This document shows positions 54,615 to 63,186 of a stretch of DNA of 64,000 bases, piece after piece. The notes beneath the pieces were generated by a model. It ran no database searches. It worked only from the letters and a program-made list of their open reading frames with translations, and was not told where the DNA came from. A program made the translations under genes and the position numbers. The stretch's first letter is position 1. Each line of letters starts with the position of its first letter. Origin of the DNA: a virus; IMG/VR virus record IMGVR_UViG_3300045988_125651. One strand, 5' to 3'.

Positions 54615-55070
54615 CTATTCTTTTTTGATGTTCAACTTCTGCCATTCGGGGTCGTGGACGTTGCCTATCACCTCGAAGTTACTACACCATAACTGATTGA
54701 TGTCTAAATGGACTCCTTCGAAATACTTGTCAACACTTAGTTTTTTGTTTGTGTGGCAGAGCATGAAATACTTCCCTCCGACTTCATCCCACACAATAGT
54801 ACCGAAACGCAAATCACGACACGTTTTTTCTTCGTTTATAAAACTAAAAGGAAAAATATCCGACCGTAATACGTCGCCCTCATAAATCTCCTTGCCGTTC
54901 TTGTCGAAGAGACCTGTGTTACTGCCTACAGTCTCTGGATCAACCTCATACCCACCAACCATTGTACGAGGTTCTAAGCCTGTTGTTGTCACTTTTTTGT
55001 TGTGAACCAAGTCACCATATCGCCAAGCGTCTGTGAAGACGTCTTTGCCACGAAATTTGATTGTTCTCAT
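54615..55070 (-). CDS. YopX-like protein
   Basis: IKFRGKD... near the N-terminus and FEVIGNVHDPEW at the C-terminus are typical of the YopX family. Confidence 0.65.
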   Translation of the reverse strand: MRTIKFRGKDVFTDAWRYGDLVHNKKVTTTGLEPRTMVGGYEVDPETVGSNTGLFDKNGKEIYEGDVLRSDIFPFSFINEEKTCRDLRFGTIVWDEVGGKYFMLCHTNKKLSVDKYFEGVHLDINQLWCSNFEVIGNVHDPEWQKLNIKKE

Positions 55071-55073
55071 AAA

Positions 55074-55448
55074 TTATTCCTCCTTTATACCAAAGGCTGT
55101 ACCATCGATAAATTTATACATATTAAACATATATTCATAATCAAGCCAATTGTTATTTGTACCAAAATTTATCTTGTCATTCATAATACCTATAATATTG
55201 AAATATCCATGAGATGCTTTAATCCATCCAAACGGCTGGTGCTTCTGCATTTCCTGCCAACACTCTACTGCGTCCTTGAATGGGCGGTACTTGGGTTCTG
55301 TCTTGATACGGTATCTTAGCGGATTTAAATTAAAACCAGCATCATCGCCCAGATAACGCCAATCAATATCTTCTTGTACCAGTATAGTTTTACCTTCTGC
55401 AAATGCCTGTATAATAGGCAGCAGTTCTTTTGCTTGTTGTCTGTTCAT
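55074..55448 (-). CDS. Hypothetical protein
   Basis: 124-aa ORF with a GGAGG box 6 nt upstream. Confidence 0.5.
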   Translation of the reverse strand: MNRQQAKELLPIIQAFAEGKTILVQEDIDWRYLGDDAGFNLNPLRYRIKTEPKYRPFKDAVECWQEMQKHQPFGWIKASHGYFNIIGIMNDKINFGTNNNWLDYEYMFNMYKFIDGTAFGIKEE

Positions 55449-55623
55449 TGTTAATCCTCCTATCTTTTTAGTGATTCTTTAATACGTTTTTTTATTTAGT
55501 CTTGTATTTCCATGTTATCTTTATATTATTAGCTTTTCTTAATTCAGTTACAATTTTATTTATTGAATCAATAATTTTATGTTTATCTACAATGTTTTTA
55601 TTTGTTTTCATTATTATTTGTAT

Positions 55624-55801
55624 TTATGGTTTAATACGGTATTTATACAAATGTGTATTAAAGGATGGATCACGAGTTATTTCCCAATCATCATCAAAAC
55701 CATCCCACTCTTCAATATCTTTTGAGCTATATTGAATTTCTTTGCCTTCAATAAAAGCTTGTATAATAGGTACATAACTCTTTTGCTTCTTTTCTATTCA
55801 T
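55624..55801 (-). pseudogene. Frameshifted, truncated paralog of the N-terminal part of 55074..55448
   Basis: MNRKEAKEL, then one extra nt, then VPIIQAFIEGKEIQYSS..., which aligns with MNRQQAKELLPIIQAFAEGKTILVQ. The ATG frame stops after 17 codons. Confidence 0.55.
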
Positions 55802-55803
55802 AC

Positions 55804-55971
55804 TCAATCCTCCAATTTTATATTATGTTCATTTGCGATACTATCTTCTGCCTCTTCGCAAAACTGACCTTCGCAAAGTGATTCTGGGAGTGCTCTGCTA
55901 GTATAATACTCTCGGTGGCATAGTCCACAGATTTCTTTTTCGAACTGATATCTTAACTCTTCTCTAGTCAT
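55804..55971 (-). CDS. 55-aa Cys-rich small protein
   Basis: MTREELRYQFEKEICGLCHREYYTSRALPESLCEGQFCEE... (CxxC...CxxxxC). Its start overlaps the upstream stop (TAATG). Confidence 0.45.
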   Translation of the reverse strand: MTREELRYQFEKEICGLCHREYYTSRALPESLCEGQFCEEAEDSIANEHNIKLED

Positions 55972-56126
55972 TACTCATTCTCCTCTCTGACTAAATAATC
56001 ATACATAGGTTCACAATTTCTGAGATATTCTTTACGTATCTTTTCTGCCTCTTCCTTTGTATCACAAGTTGCTACAACTCCATCGGGATATGTGTCCCAA
56101 TATCTAACTACTTTAAATTTTATCAT
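55971..56126 (-). CDS. 51-aa hypothetical protein
   Basis: ATG (MIKFKVVRYWD) preceded by GGAGGATTGAT. The track ORF starts at a TTG at 56171. Confidence 0.45.
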   Translation of the reverse strand: MIKFKVVRYWDTYPDGVVATCDTKEEAEKIRKEYLRNCEPMYDYLVREENE

Positions 56127-56127
56127 A

Positions 56128-56259
56128 TCAATCCTCCAACTCTTTAAGAGCTCCTTCCAAGTAACCAACAATCATTTTTTCTTCAAATTTTGAATAATAG
56201 TTACCATTCATATAACGAATGGTCTTTTCAATAGCTGATTTTATTTTTTCTTTGTTCAT
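56128..56259 (-). CDS. 43-aa hypothetical protein
   Basis: MNKEKIKSAIEKTIRYMNGNYYSKFEEKMIVGYLEGALKELED, preceded by AAAGGAGGATAATCA. Confidence 0.4.
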   Translation of the reverse strand: MNKEKIKSAIEKTIRYMNGNYYSKFEEKMIVGYLEGALKELED

Positions 56260-56276
56260 TGATTATCCTCCTTTCT

Positions 56277-56561
56277 TTATTCAATTTTGGTGATTTTACC
56301 AAAATAATACTGTTCACGCTTTGAACGTGAGCCATCTTTGTTCTGATAATTAACCATGCAAGGTACATTTATTGAATTGGGTGTGGCAAGAATTAATCTG
56401 CTAATCCAATACACTTTACCTTCGCTATCTATACATTTATCGTTTGGCTGTATAGGATAACTGGAAAGGTATTCGTTTTGCAGATTCTTTATTTCTCGTT
56501 CAATTGCCATTCTTTTGCCTTTCAACACGCTCATGCGCTTTTCAAATTCTTCTTGTGTCAT
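56277..56561 (-). CDS. Hypothetical protein
   Basis: 94-aa ORF with AGGAGA upstream. Confidence 0.5.
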   Translation of the reverse strand: MTQEEFEKRMSVLKGKRMAIEREIKNLQNEYLSSYPIQPNDKCIDSEGKVYWISRLILATPNSINVPCMVNYQNKDGSRSKREQYYFGKITKIE

Positions 56562-56573
56562 ATTGTTGTTCTC

Positions 56574-56912
56574 CTACATAAAGTTTTTAATAAATTCTCG
56601 AACTTCTTTCAAGTACTGTCCTCCACAATCCTTTTCAAGCTCAATCATTTTTTGCTTGCTAAAGTTTGCGACTTTTATCATTTCGACGGTTGGCACATCT
56701 TCAAGTTTCTGTATTATTCGGGACTGTATTAACAACCACGAACCTCTCTCAAAGTCTGTAATACGGCTTTTCCCAATTTCTTTTTCAGCTTTCCTACACA
56801 AACCACATAATTCGCGCATTTCTTTTTCCAACTGCTCAAAGGTGTATTGCCTCCAATGATAGCTAAGATACGAGCCTTTATTTACAGCGTCTTTTAATAT
56901 TTCTTCGTTCAT
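56574..56912 (-). CDS. Hypothetical protein
   Basis: 112-aa ORF with GGAGGAAGAAAA upstream. ATGA-type overlap. Confidence 0.5.
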   Translation of the reverse strand: MNEEILKDAVNKGSYLSYHWRQYTFEQLEKEMRELCGLCRKAEKEIGKSRITDFERGSWLLIQSRIIQKLEDVPTVEMIKVANFSKQKMIELEKDCGGQYLKEVREFIKNFM

Positions 56913-57181
56913 TTTTCTTCCTCCAATTCTTTATTGATTTCTTCAAGCAAATCGCCAGTTGCCTTAATCTCAATAGCGGTTTTATTGTCGAAATTGATAT
57001 ACATAGTGTCTGTCTTGTTTTCTACGCAGAATTGACGTAACTTCCACTTTATAATACCAAAGATTTCTGTATCTGTGATGATACGTCTGTCATCAAGCAT
57101 AAGGTTTGGGTTTCGTTTAGAAACCTTTGCGAGAAACACGTTGAAGCAAGCTGGGCATATTTTATAATCATGTGCTGACAT
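56909..57181 (-). CDS. Hypothetical protein
   Basis: 90-aa ORF. Confidence 0.5.
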   Translation of the reverse strand: MSAHDYKICPACFNVFLAKVSKRNPNLMLDDRRIITDTEIFGIIKWKLRQFCVENKTDTMYINFDNKTAIEIKATGDLLEEINKELEEEK

Positions 57182-57183
57182 AG

Positions 57184-57327
57184 TTATTTTCTTTTACGTT
57201 TTTTGTTTTGCAGATACTGTCCGTATTCTTTTGGTGAGCTTGTAAATATTGGACCGCAAGCTTCTATAAGCACAGGCTTGTTGTAATAAAGTCTGTATAT
57301 GTTTTCTATCTGTTCTATATTATTCAT
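57184..57327 (-). CDS. 47-aa hypothetical protein
   Basis: MNNIEQIENIYRLYYNKPVLIEACGPIF...KKRKRK. Its stop lies 2 nt before the next ATG. Confidence 0.35.
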   Translation of the reverse strand: MNNIEQIENIYRLYYNKPVLIEACGPIFTSSPKEYGQYLQNKKRKRK

Positions 57328-57379
57328 GTTTTGCTATTATAATCTCTCCCTGCTACAAGGGAGATGATGGTTCATTTGT

Positions 57380-57625
57380 TTATATTAGTGTTTTACGAGA
57401 TTGTATTTTATAGGAAATAAACCGGCAGTATACATCCGCTTTGCGTGAAGCTACAAGTAGACGATAATCAGCTTTCTCTTCCTGATGATAGATAACTATA
57501 CGTTGCCATATTTCCCATTTTTGCAACCAATACCTATTTTTACATAGCTTTTTATCGTATATATGGCAATACCAGTTATATAAAGGGCTTGCCTTCACGA
57601 TTTTCTTTGCTAATCTTGCTTTCAT
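57380..57625 (-). CDS. Hypothetical basic protein (paralog of 54201..54611)
   Basis: MKARLAKKIVKAS N-terminus. Confidence 0.5.
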   Translation of the reverse strand: MKARLAKKIVKASPLYNWYCHIYDKKLCKNRYWLQKWEIWQRIVIYHQEEKADYRLLVASRKADVYCRFISYKIQSRKTLI

Positions 57626-57636
57626 AAGCTTGATTT

Positions 57637-58248
57637 TTAATGCTCTGTTATTCCGTAGATTTCGGGCAACTTGCAGATTACATCACCTCCGTAACTACAC
57701 TTTGTTAATTCGATAAACTCACGGACTGTTGTGGTGCCATCAAGGTCTATACCCTTAGATAGACAGAAACTCTCGCGCCCCATTCGACATGAGCCAGTAA
57801 GTACGTGATGATAGGCGAAGAGGTCTCGGTTAGGATAAGGTGTGTCGTACTCGGGGAACTTCTTGCGGAATGCCTCGATACGTTCTTCCTCTGTACTGCC
57901 GTCATATAAATTCTCTTGCAGAGCGGTGAAAGCGTCATGTAGAGTGTCGCCATGTGCGAACTTGTTTTGCTCCTTGACAATGTAGCAAGGTTCTAACGTC
58001 AAATCATTTTGCAGGATAAAGCCTTGCGCAATGTTGTCACGAACAGACTTGATAATTGTCTGTATTCCATCTACAATATAGACATGGTTACCATTTATAT
58101 CTTTTACGCCACAGTTATCGCCAAATCCACAGTCAGAGCCAGAGCCATAGCCATAGCCAGAACTATAATCATGGCCAGAACTATAGTCATGGCCATGGTC
58201 ATTGCTAAGACTTAGGAAGTTTTTAATTTTTGTCTCTAACGCTTCCAT
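57637..58248 (-). CDS. Hypothetical protein with N-terminal GHDYSS/GYGYGSGS repeats
   Basis: ATG at 58248 preceded by AGAGGAGGT. There is an 18-bp tandem duplication at 58157-58192. Confidence 0.5.
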   Translation of the reverse strand: MEALETKIKNFLSLSNDHGHDYSSGHDYSSGYGYGSGSDCGFGDNCGVKDINGNHVYIVDGIQTIIKSVRDNIAQGFILQNDLTLEPCYIVKEQNKFAHGDTLHDAFTALQENLYDGSTEEERIEAFRKKFPEYDTPYPNRDLFAYHHVLTGSCRMGRESFCLSKGIDLDGTTTVREFIELTKCSYGGDVICKLPEIYGITEH

Positions 58249-58532
58249 TCTCTTACCTCCTCTATAGACTTGATAGCCTTGTCTGTACAAGGTATAATCT
58301 CTATTGCATCAAGTATCGTGATACTATCAATTGTGACTGTAAACTTGCAATTGGCAGGACATGACGTTCCATCCTTGGAAAGCTGTGATAATGTAGCTGC
58401 TCCATCCCAAAACCACAGACGACGAGCGTTGTGTAATGTCACTTCTCTGCCATTCTGTGCTACAAGTGTTCCGAACTCTACTCCGCTACGATCGCCACGA
58501 ATGATTACTTTTTTGTTGATGTTTGTTTCCAT
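58236..58532 (-). CDS. Hypothetical protein
   Basis: 98-aa ORF. Confidence 0.5.
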   Translation of the reverse strand: METNINKKVIIRGDRSGVEFGTLVAQNGREVTLHNARRLWFWDGAATLSQLSKDGTSCPANCKFTVTIDSITILDAIEIIPCTDKAIKSIEEVREWKR

Positions 58533-58598
58533 TGTTTCTATTTTTATATTGTTAGTGTATTAATGTTTGTTTTTCTTTGCGAGTATTTAGCTTTTTAT

Positions 58599-59180
58599 TT
58601 AAATAAGTCCAAACTCGTAGACGAAGACGTAGGGGTTGCTCTCCCATGTGCCTTTTCCTGCGATCTTGTCAATGAGCAGGGAGTATGGTTTTTTGGCTGT
58701 CCCATAGGTGGCAGATTCATCTGTGATGCTGTAAAAATGCGCCTTGTTTATTCTGCTATCAAAATCCACGATACCCTCAGCCAAACAGTCCTCTTCGCTG
58801 ATGTCTTGCAAGCGTTCAGCACGTATGTCAGTGATGCGGATACGATGCAGCATTTTGTCTGCCCGAACAAACATCTTATTAGTGTAACCTTTAGAGTTCC
58901 TTAATTTATTGATTTCTTCTTCGTTGTAGCCAGCTTCACTTACTAATTCGCAGTATGCTTGTGCTACGGCAACTTCCTCACCTATGCAGTAACGTGAATG
59001 GGCTATTTCATCAATTCCTCGAAAGAGGGTTGCCCTTCCGATATTTTTTGGTTCGACGCAAATACCACAATCAATAATGGTGGCATTGCCAGTGTAGGCA
59101 ATACGTCTTGTCTGTGTCTTGCGACCTTCAAGTACGGCTTGGGTGAGTCCGTACTTGTTATTGAACATTATTTTCTTCAT
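58599..59180 (-). CDS. ASCH-like domain protein
   Basis: LTQAVLEGRKTQTRRI and ERLQDISEEDCLAEGI resemble ASCH-family phage proteins. Confidence 0.5.
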   Translation of the reverse strand: MKKIMFNNKYGLTQAVLEGRKTQTRRIAYTGNATIIDCGICVEPKNIGRATLFRGIDEIAHSRYCIGEEVAVAQAYCELVSEAGYNEEEINKLRNSKGYTNKMFVRADKMLHRIRITDIRAERLQDISEEDCLAEGIVDFDSRINKAHFYSITDESATYGTAKKPYSLLIDKIAGKGTWESNPYVFVYEFGLI

Positions 59181-59212
59181 AATTACATTCCATTAATATG
59201 AATAACTTTTAC

Positions 59213-59398
59213 TCACTTGTGATACTCGTCCTTAATTGGTTCAACCTTGAATCTTTTATAGGATTTACTTCCCATAAGCTCATCACCACTGCCGAGGCCG
59301 AGATAATCCTCGACAATTTCTTTGACTTCATCTTGTGTGTAATCATCACCTTCTTCAAGAGTGATTGTTACCTTGAATGAATATTGTTTCTCTCTCAT
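59213..59398 (-). CDS. Hypothetical acidic small protein
   Basis: 61-aa ORF. Confidence 0.45.
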   Translation of the reverse strand: MREKQYSFKVTITLEEGDDYTQDEVKEIVEDYLGLGSGDELMGSKSYKRFKVEPIKDEYHK

Positions 59399-59427
59399 TC
59401 TCTAATACTTTTAGTGCTTTGTTTAAA

Positions 59428-59880
59428 TTATACTTTAAGTTCCGCGTCCAAGCCCAATGCCCAAAGTATATGCTGTAGCTCGTGGACGTAATTAATATTT
59501 TTCAATTCTTGTATTTCCTTGCCAACAGAAAACGGAACTTTATCATCATAACTATCATAGGCAATTCGAACACTACAACCTTTTTTACGAAATAACGCCC
59601 ACGGAAGTCCCTTATGGGAAATGCGTTTCCACCCGTTCTTTTTGAGAATATCGGGAGTTAAGGGAATTGGGGATATATATTTGCACCAAACACCCCAAGA
59701 AATGTTACAATGGTTTACTTCAAACTCAATAAGATTAGCACACCCTTTCAAATTCATTTCTTCAAAAGATTTTTCGGGATCTATTGCTACAACCTTGCAC
59801 ATGGTACCTTTGGGTACCATACAACCTACCTCGTTTACCTTTACGAGGTCTCCTATCCTCAAGTCTTCCGCTTTAATCAT
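59428..59880 (-). CDS. Hypothetical protein
   Basis: 150-aa ORF with AAAGGAGGTGACAA upstream. Confidence 0.5.
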   Translation of the reverse strand: MIKAEDLRIGDLVKVNEVGCMVPKGTMCKVVAIDPEKSFEEMNLKGCANLIEFEVNHCNISWGVWCKYISPIPLTPDILKKNGWKRISHKGLPWALFRKKGCSVRIAYDSYDDKVPFSVGKEIQELKNINYVHELQHILWALGLDAELKV

Positions 59881-60494
59881 TTGTCACCTCCTTTCGGCAT
59901 CTTCATGAACGCCATCCAAATAGTATTGTTTTTTATTGTTGTGCGATGACCGAATACTGGTCTATAGTCGGTGATAGCATTTAAAACATCATTGACTTTT
60001 ATCTGTTGCTCGTTCCACTTGAATATCAAGACACCGTAATCAGCCAACACTCTCATACACTCGTGTATGGAGTCGTTTATGAACTGCTGCCAATTCTCAG
60101 GGAGTTTCCCATATTTCTTGCAAAGCCAGGATTTTTCGCCTACTCTTGCGAGGTGAGGAGGGTCAAATATAACCATACGGAATTTTCCATCTTGAAATGG
60201 CATATCAGTACAATCCGCTATCATATCCGGCTGGATATCAAGCTTACGACCATCACAAAGTGTCTCGTGCAATTCCCTAATATCCGTAAAGAGAACATTT
60301 GGATCATACTTATCAAAGTAGAACATACGAGAACCACAGCAACAGTCAAGGATTGGTTTTGTTGAAATTATTTTTTGCATTTCTCTTATATCTTTAAGTT
60401 TGTGCTTAATGGTTAAAACTTCTCTCTTAGCTGTACCTCCTTTCACATTCCCAAAAATTCTATTTTCCCGTTGGTCTTTCTTCGTCAGTTCCAT
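59877..60494 (-). CDS. SAM-dependent (probably DNA) methyltransferase
   Basis: ILDCCCGSRMF (motif I-like) and VIFDPPH (DPPH motif IV). An alternative start is at 60380. Confidence 0.6.
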   Translation of the reverse strand: MELTKKDQRENRIFGNVKGGTAKREVLTIKHKLKDIREMQKIISTKPILDCCCGSRMFYFDKYDPNVLFTDIRELHETLCDGRKLDIQPDMIADCTDMPFQDGKFRMVIFDPPHLARVGEKSWLCKKYGKLPENWQQFINDSIHECMRVLADYGVLIFKWNEQQIKVNDVLNAITDYRPVFGHRTTIKNNTIWMAFMKMPKGGDK

Positions 60495-60708
60495 GCGTAA
60501 TAGAATCGTATTGTCTGCAAATCTGCTTGTACACCAGCTCGCACCATTCGTCGGCAGACTTGCCGTTTAGGCTGTCAGCATACTCTTTGATGATAGTAAG
60601 AGCCTGATATGCGCCAAAGCAAGCGCTATTTAAATTGCTCTGATGTATCTCGTTTTCTGTCACTCCACCCAGAAGGTGTATGAGCCATATCTTGATTATT
60701 CTTTTCAT
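60460..60708 (-). CDS. Hypothetical protein
   Basis: 82-aa ORF. Confidence 0.4.
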   Translation of the reverse strand: MKRIIKIWLIHLLGGVTENEIHQSNLNSACFGAYQALTIIKEYADSLNGKSADEWCELVYKQICRQYDSITHGTDEERPTGK

Positions 60709-60722
60709 AGTTGTATTGTTTT

Positions 60723-60932
60723 TTAGTTTCTTAATAAGTGAACTTTGACTAACTTGTGTACAGCACGTGGCTGCGCCTTGTTAAAATCATTAACTATACG
60801 ACGTTCAAGTTCTGTGTGCCATACAGGTTTGTCGGTGCCAGGAAGAGTGATTTCGGCACGGACTCGCTGACCGTTGTCAAAAGAAAGGATAGCTGTGCGC
60901 TGCTCACGAGGTACAAATGGATTGTGTTTCAT
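60723..60932 (-). CDS. Hypothetical protein
   Basis: 69-aa ORF. Confidence 0.4.
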   Translation of the reverse strand: MKHNPFVPREQRTAILSFDNGQRVRAEITLPGTDKPVWHTELERRIVNDFNKAQPRAVHKLVKVHLLRN

Positions 60933-61050
60933 TTCGCACTCCTTTCTGAAGATTGTATCGTTTTGTTATTTTTTTACTTTGATGTTTATAGGAGTATCTT
61001 CTTTGAAGTATTCCCATGATGTATACTCTTCCTTCATAGTTCTGTTGTTT

Positions 61051-61683
61051 TTATCGTTTCTTTACAGCCTCGTACAACTCCACGATTTCCTCGTCTGTCA
61101 AATCGCCTTCCTTGTCCAATCCATACAAAAAGAATTTTTCCTTAGAGATGCATGTTACTCCTGCCTGTGCAGCAAACACCGATATACCTCTTAGCGTTCC
61201 TGTCTTGCGGAATATGTCCACTATCTTGCGTACGTAGGCTATGAAGTTCTGTGTCTGCTTGTCGTAGACTACTTTGCCCGGCATTTCTTCGGATACTTCT
61301 ACCTTACTGTCAAACAGGGCTTCTATGTCGCTGATATTAATTCCTGCCTTGTGCAGCTGTTTGCTGTACGCTCTAAATAGACCGCATAGGTTCTTCACTA
61401 CCTCCACCGTATAGCGTGCGCCCTTCAGTTTCTCATTCTCCTCATTGAGATTGTCGTACTGTTTTTTCAGGTGCTTGTATTCGCCCTCAATGGCGCTTTG
61501 CTTGTTCTTCGCCTCCATACGCTCAAGCATATTGCGATAGAGCACGTCCTTCTGCTCTACGAGCATGTTCAGACGTTCGTTCTCCTTTTTTAGCTCATCG
61601 CGCTCTGCCACCACCTTGTCGTAGTTGCGCAGTATTATACGTGCCTGGTCTATAGGCGAGAGGTCTTTGTTGAATGTTGCCAT
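61051..61683 (-). CDS. Coiled-coil protein
   Basis: 210 aa with a long heptad region. Confidence 0.45.
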   Translation of the reverse strand: MATFNKDLSPIDQARIILRNYDKVVAERDELKKENERLNMLVEQKDVLYRNMLERMEAKNKQSAIEGEYKHLKKQYDNLNEENEKLKGARYTVEVVKNLCGLFRAYSKQLHKAGINISDIEALFDSKVEVSEEMPGKVVYDKQTQNFIAYVRKIVDIFRKTGTLRGISVFAAQAGVTCISKEKFFLYGLDKEGDLTDEEIVELYEAVKKR

Positions 61684-61696
61684 AATTGTAATAGTT

Positions 61697-61993
61697 TTAT
61701 TGCTTATTGTTATTCGATTCTACTATGCAACTCAGCTGTTCCACCTGCTGCTGCAACTTAAACATCTCCTTGCTCGCATGGTCTCTCTCCATTCTTGCCT
61801 CTGCTACAAGTACCGAACCTACAACCACGCTCGCTATCAGCACCACTGCTACGCATACCCACGGCAGCCTGTGTGCAAATGTGTTCACGTCCTTACAGGC
61901 TCCCTTGGCAAAAGCCCAACCATACTTCAATGTGTACATGCCAGCCTCCTTCGTACTGACATTATCCACAAAGTCTATTCTTGTTGTCTTCAT
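61697..61993 (-). CDS. Single-TM protein
   Basis: LPWVCVAVVLIASVVVGSVLV. Confidence 0.45.
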   Translation of the reverse strand: MKTTRIDFVDNVSTKEAGMYTLKYGWAFAKGACKDVNTFAHRLPWVCVAVVLIASVVVGSVLVAEARMERDHASKEMFKLQQQVEQLSCIVESNNNKQ

Positions 61994-62010
61994 ATTTCTT
62001 TATGTTTTAG

Positions 62011-62613
62011 TTATTTTCTTAATGATTTCCCCCTGAACACGATTTTCTTAGTTATCGCCCTCAGTCTGTCTACGGTTCGCTCCCCATATTTCTCCACCAT
62101 CTTCTCTTGCGACAGATTGGTCGTAAACATCAGCAGCTTGCCTTTCTTTTCCGCCTCGTCTACAATGTCTGGGAACCTGAGGTTTCTGTTGCCATAATTT
62201 ACATCCACCGATTCCTTGCCCACATCATCTATATATATAATGTGTTTCTTTACGATGTCGTCGAATTTACTGTTCAAGTCTTTCGCGTCATATAGAGAGA
62301 TTATTTTGCGAGGGAAGTGATAAAAGTTAAACAGCACCGGGAGAATCTTTGCGCCTATCAGCGTCTTGCCTCTTCCACACTCGCCACAAAGCCACAGGCC
62401 ACGCCCCTTGTTGTCCGTCAGCCATTCCGCCACTTCCTCGTATTCCGGCTGCCATACAGCGCCCTCACCGCAATAGTATTTCAGCCCGTTACACAGCAAC
62501 AACTTTGCGTTGTCAATGTGTATGCTTACCTTCTTCGGCGACCCAAAGAAGCCTGTGCCTTGCAGCGCCAGCTCGTATTCCTCCCACACGGTTTTTATGT
62601 CTTTTCCTACCAT
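62011..62613 (-). CDS. DnaC/IstB-like AAA+ helicase loader
   Basis: Walker A GECGRGKT and Walker B IIYIDDVG. Confidence 0.75.
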   Translation of the reverse strand: MVGKDIKTVWEEYELALQGTGFFGSPKKVSIHIDNAKLLLCNGLKYYCGEGAVWQPEYEEVAEWLTDNKGRGLWLCGECGRGKTLIGAKILPVLFNFYHFPRKIISLYDAKDLNSKFDDIVKKHIIYIDDVGKESVDVNYGNRNLRFPDIVDEAEKKGKLLMFTTNLSQEKMVEKYGERTVDRLRAITKKIVFRGKSLRK

Positions 62614-63185
62614 GTTTCTTCGTTTTTAAATTCGTCCTCCTCCTTATGATACACCATTCCGATGTCCTGCGAAGCCTTACGCGACAACTTCCTCTCGTCA
62701 TCGTTCCGCTTCCACCTTGCCAGTCTCTTTGCTATCTCAAACGTCTTTTCCTTCTCAAAGCGCATCTTCCTTCCTCCTTCTTTTACCTCTGTCCAATAGT
62801 CGTAAAACTCTGCAAGCATCGGTCTTGGGTAAGTTCCGCTGAAAGGTTTGAGCTGCATTCCAAACGCCAACTTTCTGTCTTTAAGTTCCTGCTCGGGTGT
62901 CCGTTTGGTGTCCGTTTGGTGTCCGCCGACGCTATCTAACCCCTTGGGGTTCAGCGTAATAAGTGTCCGTTTGGTGTCCGTTTGGTGTCCGTTGGTATAC
63001 AAAACCTTAAGATCATACAGTTCCGTGAGATACCTGCTTGTCGTTGGTCTTGTAAGTCCAAAGCGCTCGCCCAATTCCTTCATTGACACGTCACATTCAC
63101 CAGCCTTACCGCATTTTCTCTTGATGTAGATGTACATGCCTATCTTCACCAAGTCAAGGTCAAGTATCTCATCGGGAATAGTCAT
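62607..63185 (-). CDS. Replication initiator / replisome organiser with HTH
   Basis: N-terminal MKELGERFGLTRPTTSRYLTEL (wHTH-like). It has internal iterons and lies upstream of the loader. Confidence 0.55.
   Translation of the reverse strand: MTIPDEILDLDLVKIGMYIYIKRKCGKAGECDVSMKELGERFGLTRPTTSRYLTELYDLKVLYTNGHQTDTKRTLITLNPKGLDSVGGHQTDTKRTPEQELKDRKLAFGMQLKPFSGTYPRPMLAEFYDYWTEVKEGGRKMRFEKEKTFEIAKRLARWKRNDDERKLSRKASQDIGMVYHKEEDEFKNEETW
62897..62994. repeat. Iteron clusters (11-bp unit GTGTCCGTTTG) inside the initiator gene
   Basis: Cluster 1 at 62897-62925 and cluster 2 at 62963-62994, each with about 2.6-2.9 units. The cluster starts are 66 bp (6 x 11) apart. Confidence 0.8.
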
Positions 63186-63186
63186 A

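Noticed and set aside
55502-55735. 77-aa plus-strand ORF with a very hydrophobic translation.
   Set aside because: It lies antisense to the frameshifted paralog in an AT-rich stretch. The F/I/L-rich sequence is what a T-rich strand gives.
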